Source: Bugula neritina
Lineage: Eukaryota; Animalia; Bryozoa
Direction: 5' to 3'
NCBI GenBank assembly: GCA_964035545.1
Contig: OZ037765.1
Coordinates: 2,480,001-2,544,000, forward strand
Length of the DNA stretch: 64,000 nucleotides
Below, in pieces: positions 1 to 13,182 of the stretch (its first letter is position 1; each line of letters starts with the position of its first letter). The notes under the pieces were generated by a model. That model searched no databases and was not told where the DNA came from. It worked only from the letters and a program-made list of their open reading frames with translations. The position numbers and the translations under genes were made by a program.

Positions 1-3000
1 TACAGTGGCAGGTGTGTCTGTGGTATTACTATTATTAGCAGCAGTAGTAGTAGTAGGAACAGTAGTGACAGTTGTTGGCACAGTAGAGCTGTTAGTTAAA
101 GAGTTATTAGTAGAGGCCATAGTAGTAGTAGTGGATACTATACTGTAGTCTTTAATATCTCTACAAAGAAGAAAGCAGCAATAATTTACCATTAGATGAA
201 AAAATTTGTTGCTTACATCCCAGTTTATATGAATGACATCAACTGACAGTGTAAAGTGGGTTCTTGTCCCTTGTTAACAGACACTGTGGGCGTCCCCCAC
301 ACCCCTACACCACAGGGCAATTTTGTCATTAAATATATTCACCTGGGGTTGTTGTAACCACGTACATAGCTACATGCAAAAAACATGCCGTATATGTCAA
401 CATAGATAAAACTGACCACAAACAAAACTAACATTTGATAAAGTTGTAGATATAATAGGTTGTAGAACATAATTAGATGTATAGAATATAATGAGATATA
501 CTGAATATAATTAGATGTAGAGGATATAATTAGCAATGATTAACTAGGGTATAAATAACTGCAGTGGTTGCCAAAAATTAAATTGCCTGGTAGCTGTGAT
601 TTATTACACTGTAGAAGTATATAAACATAACATGTCTGTAATAAGTGGAAAACCACAATTACAAAATATCTATTTCTGTAATTACAACTTCAAAGCAGTA
701 TTTTCAAATAACCTTTATAGATTTATATCAAAGTAAAAAGTTGTAAGTTTGCTTCCCAAATTTGTATCCTGCTGTTTAAGGCCTGGCCTCACGCTCTCGT
801 GAGAATCACACGAAATCGTCTATTTGACACGAAAACACAAACATACGATAAAAATAGAGGGAATTCAAACAAAATCGTCTTCGTTGGGTGCACCCAATGA
901 AGACGATGGACGAAAAATCGCAATTAATGATAAGCACTACTTGATTGGTCAACAGAATTTTAGCAACAGTAATTATTTCATTTCTACCACGTTTCTCTGT
1001 TTGGCAATTTTCTGCTGTTTGTATCTCGTGCAAGACTGATTCACGGACTATTTATTATGCGTTTCGTCCGACGAGTGTGTGGCTGGTCATAATGAGAGGA
1101 TAACTCACGAAAATCGTCACATGAGTTTCGTGTGATTCTCACGAGCCTGAGGCCAAGCCTTTATACAAATTACGCCTGTGTGAAAATATGCTAAAGTATT
1201 TATAGCAGCATGAAAGAACATTCATTCATGTACATATTACACATTATCATGATACATAATTGAGAACACTAATATTATGGAAGAAAAACCTAAATGAAGT
1301 GCCAGTAAAATGCAATAAAGTTATAAAATCTGTTCAGATGGAGAAAAGCTCTTCTATAATTGCAACTTCCAACTAAAGAAGAAAAGAAAAAAGAGGAAAA
1401 AGAAATTTAGTTGTCATGAATTTAGGCAAACAAATGTTATGTTAAGAAATATCTAGAAGTTTGACTGACAAGCATGTTAACAACTTGTGTAAACACAATA
1501 AAATGGAATAATATTACTCTAAAGTTGCGTTTTAGGAAAAAGTCATGGTCTAGAAGTTATAGCTTTGGCCTAATAGTCAAAAGGTCATGAGTTCAAATCT
1601 TAGCAGAGCCATTTGTGATGTCACTAAAGACATTCAGTTCCAATTGTCACAGCATACACCTTCTTTAACTTAAAACCTCGACTATCAAACAACCAAAACA
1701 AAACCTAGATAATAGCCTAAGGTTTGTAAACATGAAACTAGTCAGTTTAGGTTTCCTATAAGCTGCTCTCAATGAGCACAGGCCTGAATGAGCACAGGCC
1801 TGAATGAGCACAGGCTATGAGTCTGTACCTTAGTATGTATATCCACTGGGAGAAGAACTTGTAGTTTGGAGTCCCGAATCTGCTGATGAACAGATCAGAA
1901 CCTGCGACAGGAAAGTGACTTTCCAGCTCTTCGTACATCTGAGATCTAATACACAGCATCATATATTATATACAGTACAGCAGAGTGGTGTGTTGATTGT
2001 TGGGAGTTGTCTTCACCTAAACCTTGTCTGTCATCAATATTCTATACAGGAAACTGCTCAAATTAAAGGCTTGTTCAAATTTTATTCCTTCTCTGAATTT
2101 CGCATTTAAATAAGCATGATTTTTCGTGGAACAGCTGCATACGGATAGAAGAGCAAATAGCCGACTTGAAGGACTGTTTTTACAAGTATTCTCATTATCA
2201 TTCGCACAATAGAGGAAATAACTCCTAGAACTCAAACTAACCTAACATGAGCAGCAAAATACTACCTAGTGAATCTTACGCAGCATTGAAAGAAAAAAAC
2301 TAAATATTTAAGGCTTTAGGACATACGCAAAGTGCCTTATTGATAGATCTACCACATACTTGAGTAATGAGCAGTCAGAGAAATTAAGGAGAGATAACTC
2401 CTGCATACACTGAGATACTTGACTGTATGGAAACTTGAGTAGAGTAGCACTTGAGCCTGCACAGAGTCCATCAGTACCTGACAGAAGGTAGAATAGAGAA
2501 GATAACACCCGAAACTGAACACCACAACCCAACCAAATCCATCATTTGAATTTCATCAAGAAAAGCCAAAACAGTTGTGCAAATTTGAAGATATTTTCTG
2601 AATGGCAAAGCGCTTTATGTAATACATTATTTATTGCTCTTGTGGCAATATTTGTAAAAAAATTTAATTAAATTAACAGCCATTACCAAATAATTTTTAA
2701 AGTAAAACTGCGACTCAAATTTAGAAAAAAAATTCCATTAACTAAAAAACTCTAAACTTCTTCAAACAATTTCAACAGACAGAAAAAACACAGACAAGCT
2801 TCTCACACAAGCTAGCAAAAACTTACCGGCAGCAGGTAAAGTGGGCTGTGGTAAAGGGTTCAGCGAAGATATGTTTACAGATGCCAAGTTCAGAGCTGTG
2901 TCTACATTGTAACCTGTTGAAAGAAGTACATACAGAGTAGCATAGAAATTCTATAAATAGCATGTGGAAGAAGTACATACAGAGTAGCATAGAAATTCTA

Positions 3001-6000
3001 TTAATAGCATGTGGAAAAAGGTGCATACAGAGTAGTTCTACTAACAGCATATAAAATGATGAGAACTGACATTTAACTTTAACATAAAATATAAGGTTTT
3101 AAAAATTAATTGCTGCTGGGTGTTATCTTCTTTTCATGAGCTATCGGCTTGACTCACAAAAATATCGAAGAAGTCATAGCAAAGAAGCTATTTACTACAT
3201 TGCAACAGGAAGTAGTTAAGAGTTGTCTATCTAATAACAAGAAAACTATTATCACCTGGACGACCAGAGTATTTGGTTGGATTTGGGGCCTCAGCTGATG
3301 TATATTTGACGGCGTACTTTGTTGTAACGACTACGGGGTGAGATTCAATGCTAGTGACAAACTCGGCTGAAGATAATGAGTACGAGTCAGAACTCAGCGG
3401 GATAGTTTGTATTGTGACAGAAAGTGATGCATTTGGATTGGAAGAACTCATCCCCGATGTCGAATTCGTTGAATTTACTTCATAAAAAGATCTACTATAA
3501 TTCAAAGTGTTGGGTGTTGTGAAAGGAATATCGGCCATGATGTAAGTAGCAACAACTCTCTGAAGAGCGGTGCCATTATACTCCATGTCATACTTCACGT
3601 CAATTACTGCATTCGTGCACAAACCCCCCTCAGCAGAAGGCGAAGGAGGAAATACTTGTCCGTCGTCCCAAACACAATAGCCAAGCTCCATGTTGTCAGA
3701 CAACTGATCAGCAGGGGCGGATGCTACGTATCCCCGTAAGTTATTCGTGCAGTAGAACACAGTTTCAAAGGCTACGTCATCTGCTAAACTGATTGACGTC
3801 TGCAGTGGAGAGAAGCCAGCTACGCCTGATGACTTCTGGAGGTAGTTGGCAGCATTTAGTCTCGACAGAGTTGAGGTACACATGTCTTCACTCATCACAG
3901 AGGTGCACTGAGAGCCAACGTCATTCAGGTATCTGCAGGTGTAACAAGTAAAATTATTCGGCGAAAAGAATTTTTTAGAGGATATTTATCAGGCACAGAA
4001 AATACATTGAAGACTGTAATTAGAATACATTGAAGAATAATATTAGCTTAGATCCTAATTGTCAGTAAAAGTGTAACAGAAACTAACAAAATAGTAAGTG
4101 TAGGTCCACAGTCTATGCTCTACTGTCTATACTCTACACGTTATATTCTACAGTCTATATTCTACATTCTAAAATATATACTCTACAGTCTATACTCTAC
4201 ATTCTACACTCTACACTCTGCACTCTATATTCTACAGTCTATATTCTATACTTTACACTCTGCACTCTATATTCTACAGTCTATATTCTACAGTCTATAC
4301 TCTACACTTTGCACTCTATATTCTACAGTCTATATTATACAGTCTATACTCTACATTCTATAGATCATACTATATAGTATAATCTTGATTAGAATTAGCT
4401 GGTAACCAAAGCAATCACCAAAATGGAAGGTATCTTCCTCACACACAGGAAATGAACACTTACGCAATGGGCACTGTATCCTCACATACACCATTGTGTG
4501 TAGCCTGTGGAATTGATAAATAGCCTTCGTTCTTGCGTTTTATATAACTTCCTTTCTTGTAGCCCGTAACTAAGGAGCTAGGTAATATATCCTCAACATT
4601 TGATTTCCTAAATCAATTAAATTACATAATACCACATAATATAATAAAACATAGTAATAAAATAATGAAAATATACTACAATGTAATATTATTGAGCCAT
4701 TTTTATTTTAAAATAAGTTAGAGTAGAAACACTAACTCCCAACTACTAAAACAAAATTACAGACCAATTTCATCATAACAAATGTTTGTCAAACTGATAG
4801 TTATATGGTTATATAAAGTAACACATGTACATGTATGGAGAATATCGGAGTAGATAAACCTATTTAGAATATCCTACAATACAGTATGATATACAAGCAA
4901 GAAGAAGTTATTGTAACTTTATTAACGCCGATGGAAAGTCCAAACATGAAAAAAAATTAAAAAAATTTACTATCAATTTTTTTAACACAGAAAATTTACC
5001 TGCATCCCTAAGCTACCTGCATTTCTAAATTACCTGTATCTCGAAGTTACCTGTAAGAGGAAGTGGAACTGTCGATAGTGCTGGAGAAACCCTTCACAGA
5101 ATAGAATAGCCCGAGGTACGACTTCTGTGCCTTCACTGTGCACAGGAGGGGTGCCCAGTCGGGCGCCCCAACTCTACTGTTCTCAGAACACATGTGATCT
5201 GCGGGTGGCAGAGACTCGCCCCCGAACAAACCTTTAACCTCCGTGCCGAATAGATTCACATCCTGCTCGGAGCAATCCTACAAGCCCAAAGAATGATGTC
5301 ACTTCCTTGTAAAAGTAAATAGCTTAGCGTGTAGTTATCAGGTCAAACGCTAAATGAAAGAATGAATCAGCAGAAAAAGCCTCAAAACATATCTTAGTAA
5401 TAACTACAATTAACAGCAGACCTATTAAACATGTGCAATATGAACCTTCATAAGCATAGGGAATACAAAAGTTTAATAACCTGAACAGTCGATGCAGTAT
5501 TGCTAATGTTTGATCTAATTTTATAATTTATAAAAATGAGGACGCCTGAAGTTTGCTTCAGTAAAAATACTTTCAGAAGTGGAAGTAGGAATAGCAGCTG
5601 TAATTTACTATGTTGCTGAAATGGAAGTTGTCTTACCTGATCGCAAGTACAGCCAATGTCACAGGTTATACTGTGAAGGTCACATGGGCAGGGAGCTAAG
5701 TCTACATAGGCTGGGTTCTGTATCACAGTCGTGCCAGCTAAATACATATACTTGGATTTATACTCTCTTACACTGATATATAATATAATAGTAACTGTAT
5801 ATATACTCTCTTACACTGATATATAATATAATAGTAACTGTATATATACTCTCTTACACTGGGGTTCAAGGTCATCAGGAGTGGGTAAAGTGAAGTCAAA
5901 TCTGAGCAAAGCCGAGGCATCCGCCCCTGCAAACCTCTGATCAGAAGTCGTAACTTGGGCACAGCAGGAGAGAAGAATATACTCTCTTGTGGAGGAGGAA

Positions 6001-9000
6001 GGATACGATGTTCGTGTTATAGTAAACTCAAGCTGATGGGTATTCTACAAACATTGGGCATCAATAATCAATATTTGGAATCAATAATCAATAATTGTTA
6101 TCGATAATCCTTATCAATAATCAATAATCAGTCTCAATAATGGGAAGTAGAATCCACTTATCACGGGGAGAGACAATAACTTACTGGATCAGTTTGCCAG
6201 ATCATGCTAGAAGTCACCATGTAGAAATAGTAGCGTTAGTGAAAAATAAATAAATAAAATAATTAAAATAAATATATAATAACCATGTCATTGCAACATA
6301 TGCACATAAATATATGTTTCAACAACTAAATTTAAGTTATAATAAAGAACGTAAATTTTTCAACAATAACCTTACAAGAATAAGAGAAAGTCCACCTAAT
6401 ATTGTCTCAACACAAAAAGTTATTCTCTGGATAAAGTCATGCCTGGTTGTATACTCTAATTACTTCAACCTATTTTCACAAAATGCTAGAGTGCTACTGG
6501 AATCTTACCTTCTCAACAACAAGAGTGTTGTTTTCGCTGACGAGTTGCCATGGCGACTCCGGCAGTGGTGGAGTTGTAGCTACTGAAAGTAGATGGACAT
6601 ACTGTACACCTTTTTAATATATTACTATATTATTACTATAGTCTATACTCTATATTATCTACTATATTACATACTGTACTATTTACTATACTATACTGTA
6701 CTATAGTATATCATATACTATACTATATACCATATACTCTACTGCATCATACCCTATACTATACACTATACTATATATACTACGTATTATACTATAGTAT
6801 AATACGTAGGATATATAGTATAGTAATACAATGCACTATGCTACAGTATACTGTAGTATACTATATTATAATATACTGCATGCTATACACTACTATACTA
6901 TATAATATACTATACTACATAACACGCTATATACCATATACTACACAATATACACTATACCGCACTATGTATACTATACTATAATATACTACGTGCTCTA
7001 TACCTGTATCAAAAATAACAGTTTAAGATCCAAACCCATATACCATAATAAATCTACAATATTTATCATTTATTTGTGTAAAAGGACTCTTTCGAAAACT
7101 ATATAAAACTCCAAATCAAAGAAATATTAGCTGTGTTACGGGTTTATAGTGATATTAGTAGCTTGAATGGTATTTACACATACATAATATTATATTATTA
7201 TTGCAAATTATGAAAAGAAAATAGTTAGTTTTATAAGTATAAAACAATATATAGCAAATAAAGAATATTAATACTTTTTTAAAACATGCCAGTAGTCAAA
7301 CAGAGCGATTTGAAAGAATATTTCAATGTTAGTTAGTAGCTTTCCTTATTAGTTAACTAGCATTAACAACTTCATATAAACTGGTTATGATGAGACAAAC
7401 AGACAGACATCAATAGAGCAGTAATGGCAAATAATATAAGGTGAAAAAATATAGCGAAGCTGAGGTGACTTAATTCGAAAATATACCTGTAACATTGCCA
7501 TCAGTAGTCAGATTGACAGCTGCAAAAGTTTGACGTTTGCTGATTGGTTATTAAAAAGAAACAAGGGCATTGATTGGCTGTTATGAGAAAAACCTGAAAA
7601 ACTTCTTTTGTAGGTCATTAACTTTTAAAAAACGGTTTTCATGCTAATAATTTTTTCATGAGTCAATTCAAACCTAAAAAACCCACAACTATATCTCAAT
7701 TATGAAAAAAAATTAGTAAACCAAATTTGTAAAACGAATGAAACAATGAGCTGATTTTATTTCGCTACAACAAACAATTCAACGCAAAATTCTTATCTCA
7801 TGAGTAAAAAAACATCGAGTTGAAATACAGCACATATTACGAGTTAAATTAATTTTTAAAACTTTAAAATAGGAGCCATAGCCTTATACCTGGTGTAGTG
7901 GTAGTTTGGGGGGTTGTAGTGGTGGTTTGGGGGGTTGTGGTAGAAATAGGAGTAGTGGTTGTAGTATTAACTCCTGGAGTTGTACTTGTGTTACTAGCTA
8001 CTGTAGTAGAAGCTGTAGTAGTTGTTGTGGTGGTAGTTGTGGTAGTGGTAGCTACACAAGGTTATGGAAAGCAAGATACACATACACAAGTTTGTTAGAC
8101 ATCTTATTAAGTTGTTAGACATCATACAAAATAGTTAGACATCTTATTAAGTTGTTAGACATCATACAAAATAGTTAGACATCTTATTAAGTAGTTAGAC
8201 ATCATACAAAATAGTTAGACATCCTACAAAATAGTTAGAGATCATACAAAGTTGTTAGACGTTTTCCAAACGTGTAGGCTCAAATTATAATTAAAATTTT
8301 AGTAAAAAGTGATTCAAAATTAAAAGCAAAAATAAACTAAATAAAAAGTTTTTGCATAATTTATGTATGCTGTACGATTAATTTAAATATCTTATAAAAA
8401 TAACTCAATGCATGTAGCCCTACCACTTTCACTATACGACAAGCACACCTTAAAGTGATCAGTGCAATGAGTTTCCGAATGCCTTAAATTAACTTAAAAC
8501 TATTTCAATTAAAAGTTTAATTTGAAAATTCAACTCTGAAAAAAATATTTTTTCAAATTAAAATTAATTCATTTCTTCTCAAAGTTTATTTTCTTGGATA
8601 AAAAGTTACTTTTAGTTAATCTAAAAATAAACCATGAAAACCATCATCTCCATCATAGTCTGCAATCAAAGATGTTTAACGCAGGTTTCGCCTTCATCTA
8701 TACAAACAGATTAATTAACAAATATCCTAGTAAACCATATATAGTAGTCATGGCGATATTTAATTAAGTATCAGAAAAACCTATTTCCATACAATTTTCA
8801 AATACATGTGATATAAGCGTTATTCCCAGGAAGTACTTACGCCTAGTACGATTTCTAGCATTGCATGTCGTGTATGTATCTAATATAGACTCGGCCATAT
8901 TGAAAGTGTCGTGTGTGGTGATAGAGCACTGAAATTCTATGGTATTATCTACTGGTTCATCTAGTGCCAATATCGCCTGCAACGTAACAATACTGATCCT

Positions 9001-12000
9001 GTAAAACTGCTCATAGAATATTAAAATACCACATGGGGAAACAGGCGATTGTAGAATAGATATTAATATACACAGCATATTTATAAATGCAGAGCAAATA
9101 AACATCTATATAAAGATTTGTGACTAGATTAGCCGGCGTATAACAGTTTTGACGCCAACTTTCAAGCTGACATATTTATTGAACAAAAGATCTTTCTACT
9201 ATTGCTTATGACATCTATAAAATTTTAAGAATATTATTAGCTATAACAATTACAACACAATAATAGAACTAGTATTTAATAAATACAATATTTCTAAAAT
9301 CATAAAATATATTAACCCATCAGCCCCAGTTAAAACTTAAAGATGATAATAACCATTACCAATACTTATTGAACCAATACTTCTTAAAATACTGAGAATA
9401 TCTGCTTGAAATAAACAATAACCTACCAACATTCAGAAGTCTTTTCTTTCAAGTGATAGGCATTGTATCAATTAACTAGAAGAGCAAAGACGTCTTATGA
9501 ATGTTTTTTAATATAATACCTTAATAACACATATTTTAGCTTTTCCAAACTTTTGTTTTGATTTTTGTTAAGATTGGCTTGCTAACATCACAAAAAAAAT
9601 CTTTTTAGGTAGCGGAAAATTTTTAAAAACAGAAACTCATTTACCTGAAAGGTAGTGTTGTGAACAGTGCCGCTGTTGGGAGAGATGGAGAGGGTTGCCT
9701 CATCCAGTCTGAACTCTGTGGGGTCAGTGTGAGACGTCGTGTGCAGATACTGCTGGGGGGTGGATACAGATTCAGCTGAGCAGACAACAGTCAGGGGTTC
9801 GTATACTTTAATAAATATCTGGTATGTCATCTACAGCATACGACATGTAAATAAATATCTGGTATGTCACCTACAGCATACGACATGTAAATAAATATTT
9901 GGTATGTCATCTACAGCATACGACATGTAAATAAATATCTGGCATGTCATCTACAGCATACGACATGTAAATAAATATCTGGTATGTCATCTACAGCATA
10001 CGACATGTAAATAAATATCTGGTATGTCATCTACAGCATACGGCATGTAAATAAATATCTGGTATGTCATCTACAGCATACGGCATGTAAATAAATATCT
10101 GGTATGTCATCTACAGCATACGGCATGTAAATAAATATCTGGTATGTCATCTACAGCATACGACATGTAAATAAATATCTGGTATGTCATCTACAGCATA
10201 CGAAATGTAAATAAATATCTAGTAGGTCATCTACAGCATACGACATCTGGTAGTGTTCACCTTTCATAGTTTACAACTCTAGAAACAGAAGAAATAATCA
10301 ATTCTCACACTTACCACTGTCTCTGATTTGCCCACATCATTGAACACCTTAGGATCAAACTCAATCACACCTGTAATATAGACATACGTCGTCTACATAT
10401 GATTTAGTGACTACTTGAGCTATATGTTATAGCAACCTACTATATTCACAACAAATACAAAACAATCCCATCATCATAGCAGTCTGTCGATGCATACAAA
10501 AAGCAAAGACTATTAAAATTTAATTTTTTTTATTCCAACTCAATAAAGTTTCGAGTGACTCAAAGCTACTCACTAATGTTTGTAGGTGATGTTGCGTTGC
10601 ATCGGACTTCAACACTTGAAGTTATCGGTGAGCTAAAAGTAAAATAAATTGTGCAGAAAGGGGAAATAATTCCCATGCAATCACACTTTATCTGTCCAAG
10701 TCATAAGCAAATGTAAAACATAATATGGAAATATCAAATTTTTGAAAAAAAAGCATTGAGTGGTTAGCTCTGATAATTTAATATTTTAATCCAAGAGAAA
10801 TATGTGTGGTAGCAGCTACCACACTCAACTGAGTAACAATCAATAGCACATAAATTTATCTAAACTGGAGTAACAAAATTCAGCAAAGTTATAGGCGTTT
10901 GATTGGCTGAGCCTTGTATATAGGAATAGTTTGCTGAGTGTCCCCGTGTCTATCAAAAGTAGTTTTGGTCTTTGGTATGGAAGAGATCAACACAAGTTTA
11001 ATTAAGTTAAAAACCAACTAATACTACAAAACTACTAAATATTGTAAACAAATAAATAAATACTGAAAGTCTATAAATATTTAAATAACCAAAGAATACT
11101 GGATATGAATTTACCTGAATAGGACACGAACAGCACCTTCCCACACTTGAACATGATTCGGTATTGTTATGACATCAGACTCAAAGTATAGTCTGGGAGG
11201 CTTTAAAGCTTGCAGCTCTCTGAATAAAGTTTCATAATAATTATAAGGAGAACACAACCTCAAATGCACACAAACCGAACATTTAATATCAAGAGGGCAC
11301 AACTTCAAAATTACAAACTTGCTAATATTTTGCCAGATTTTTGCAAACTTTCAATGCAAATTAGTAGCAGTTGAAATAGAAAAATATCAACATAAAGCTC
11401 TAAATCTTATTTTTATAAAATAATATAAAGAATTTGATTTCTGAATAATTTAAGTTAGAGTGAGAACTTACAAAACTTGAGACTGGACATTGACGAACTG
11501 GGCGTCTACACCACCCGGCTCACTGTTAGCGTCACATTGGAAAGGATTGGGTCTTCCAGCTTGCAGCAATCTGAAATATTAACATCCTACAGAGTGTAAT
11601 ATCATGTTATGGTGTTTAGTTATGCAAGTCAGGAACCAATAAACAGTAGTGTTATTACTAGCACATAAATATTGTATCAAAATACAATTGATTTAGCGAG
11701 TTTTTAAAGAGGCAGATCTAAATAAAATTAGTGATGGGTGCATATCATTTGTGGAGAAAAATGCAAAATATTAATTTCAATATTTTGAAAAACCTTCTAA
11801 TTCTATAAGAAAAGTGGGGGAACAACTACTTGAAAAACAAGACATATTACGAAGATACACAGAAGTTCTTTCATAATTCATACTCAAATGTGATGTTCTT
11901 GTTCAATGTGCCATTTTCATAAGTACCACTGCTGTCTCCAATAAAATTAGCTACAGTATATATATCATCTGTTTCATCGTAAGTTAGAGAGCAGTTCACC

Positions 12001-13182
12001 TTGACCTAGATGAGTTACAAAAAGATGTTAAAGTCTACATAATATAACAGTAACAAATTATGTATGTTTAATAACTCACATAATAAAAAAAGAGATGCCA
12101 AATCAAGCAAATTTCTAAAATTAAAAGTGGTTAGAAGCAAATTACAACTGCATTGCAAGTAAACAAGTGAATTCTAAGTTTATATAATTCAAATGTAAAA
12201 ACACTTACATTATCAGTAACGTTCACTGGTTGACTAAGATTGGAAAAGGCAGAAAGGGTAACAGGGACAACAACTATTGGATTGTTTAGAGATTGCAAAG
12301 GCAATGGGCCTATAGCTATTTCACCTACAACTTTATAAGCATATGCAAAACATAAATACAAACAATTATAGATAGAGAAGTGAAACTTGAGCTAAACAAA
12401 GCTCAGTAAATAAAGTGCTTAAAAAGCACAATGAGTCACATCAAATACATCATCATAAAAACAGCTATAATCATTACTAAAAGCTTATCAATCAATTCTT
12501 AGTCAGAATACAGCAAAGAAAACCTAAAAATAAAAATTTAAAAAGGAAAAAAAACCAGACAATTGGTAAATGGGCAAACGCAGCAGTAGTGACAATAGTA
12601 GTACTTAGTAATAGGAGTAGTACTAATTCTTACAAAATATTGTTTGGCAAAATATCAAATCAATAATAAATGTCATTTGCCTGTATATTACTTTTTAGCA
12701 CTAGTCATTATTATTTCAACAACAGACTTGATTTACTGATCATTATATTATTCAGTTCTTTATAGATCTTTATTCGATCAGAATTTATTCGTTTCAACTT
12801 TCATAATAATTTTTTTACTCAATAGTTTTAAATTCAATTAATCTGACTTTGAATTATTACCCGTGTTACAACTAGTATTACACTGACACTCATTATTAGT
12901 TCTACTATCATTACAAATATTGATAATAATAAAAACACAAACACTAACAGTATGAGCATTAGTATCACTATCAGTATGAGTATCAGTATGAGTATCAGTA
13001 TGAGTATGAGTAACAGTACAGTTGGATTAAGTTTAACAGTAAGTGTAACAGCGTTGACAAAACAGTTTTGTTCCTAATATTCAGCTACTGCTTAGTAACT
13101 TACTTTGACTTTTGACTAACGACGCTATAAAAATAAAAAGTAAATTCAACAGGAAGAATTGTCTAAAATAGCTGTAGAGCAT
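1..13182 (-). CDS. TCTN2: Tectonic-2-like ciliary transition-zone protein (multi-exon; 3' end lies beyond the left edge of the window)
   Basis: Exons joined by hand with GT-AG and consistent phase: 13182-13104 (signal peptide MLYSYFRQFFLLNLLFIFIASLVKSQ), 12324-12209, 12005-11884, 11570-11472, 11219-11115, 10632-10574, 10370-10315, 9830-9645, 8976-8841, 8051-7890, 6579-6509, 6044-5858, 5737-5637, 5277-5051, 4607-4464, 3932-3256, 2913-2827, ~2477-2360, ~1946-1828, 160-1. The tectonic Cys motif PCPCDLHSITCDIGCTCDQDC is followed by GLFGG..PPADHMCS..PDWAPLLC..YLGLFY, which resembles vertebrate TCTN2 as recalled. The SGRPGY motif starts the second tectonic repeat. Confidence 0.88.
779..1160. mobile_element. 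Non-autonomous DNA transposon (MITE), PIF/Harbinger (Tourist)-like
   Basis: ~38-bp imperfect terminal inverted repeats (AGGCCTGGCCTCACGCTCTCGTGAGAATCACACGAAA ... TTTCGTGTGATTCTCACGAGCCTGAGGCCAAGCCT), flanked by TTA on both sides (776-778 and 1161-1163). 382 bp long, no transposase. Confidence 0.8.
1537..1705 (+). mobile_element. tRNA-derived SINE, degenerate copy
   Basis: A-box-like TGGTCTAGAAG and B-box-like GAGTTCAAATC, followed by GCCATTTGTGATGTC and a GACTATCAAAC/A-rich tail. Colinear with the copy at 20590. Confidence 0.6.
2921..3050. repeat. 47-bp tandem repeat (~2.5 copies) abutting a TCTN2 acceptor
   Basis: AAGAAGTACATACAGAGTAGCATAGAAATTCTA... at 2921 and 2968, plus a partial third copy. 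The acceptor is at 2914-2915. Confidence 0.8.
4110..4365. repeat. Short-period intronic tandem repeat (CTATATTCTACAGT-like)
   Basis: Visible 7/14-bp periodic repeat. It produces the spurious ORF 4115..4363. Confidence 0.8.
5761..5861 (-). repeat. 43-bp tandem repeat containing the TCTN2 5' splice site (3 donor copies)
   Basis: TACTCTCTTACACTG at 5761, 5804 and 5847, which is CAGT|GTAAGAGAGTA on the minus strand. Confidence 0.9.
8091..8260. repeat. ~20/40-bp intronic minisatellite (GTTAGACATC...) near a TCTN2 acceptor
   Basis: GTTAGACATC recurs about every 20 bp, starting ~40 bp from the acceptor at 8052. Confidence 0.85.
9811..10246 (-). repeat. 40-bp minisatellite x11 spanning a TCTN2 3' splice site
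   Basis: ATAAATATCTGGTATGTCATCTACAGCATACGACATGTAA at 9811, 9851 ... 10211. The first copy overlaps the first 20 nt of exon 9830-9645. Confidence 0.95.

Noticed and set aside
806-1039. Small ORFs inside the MITE as a transposase
   Set aside because: Too short, with no DDE or Myb-like motifs.
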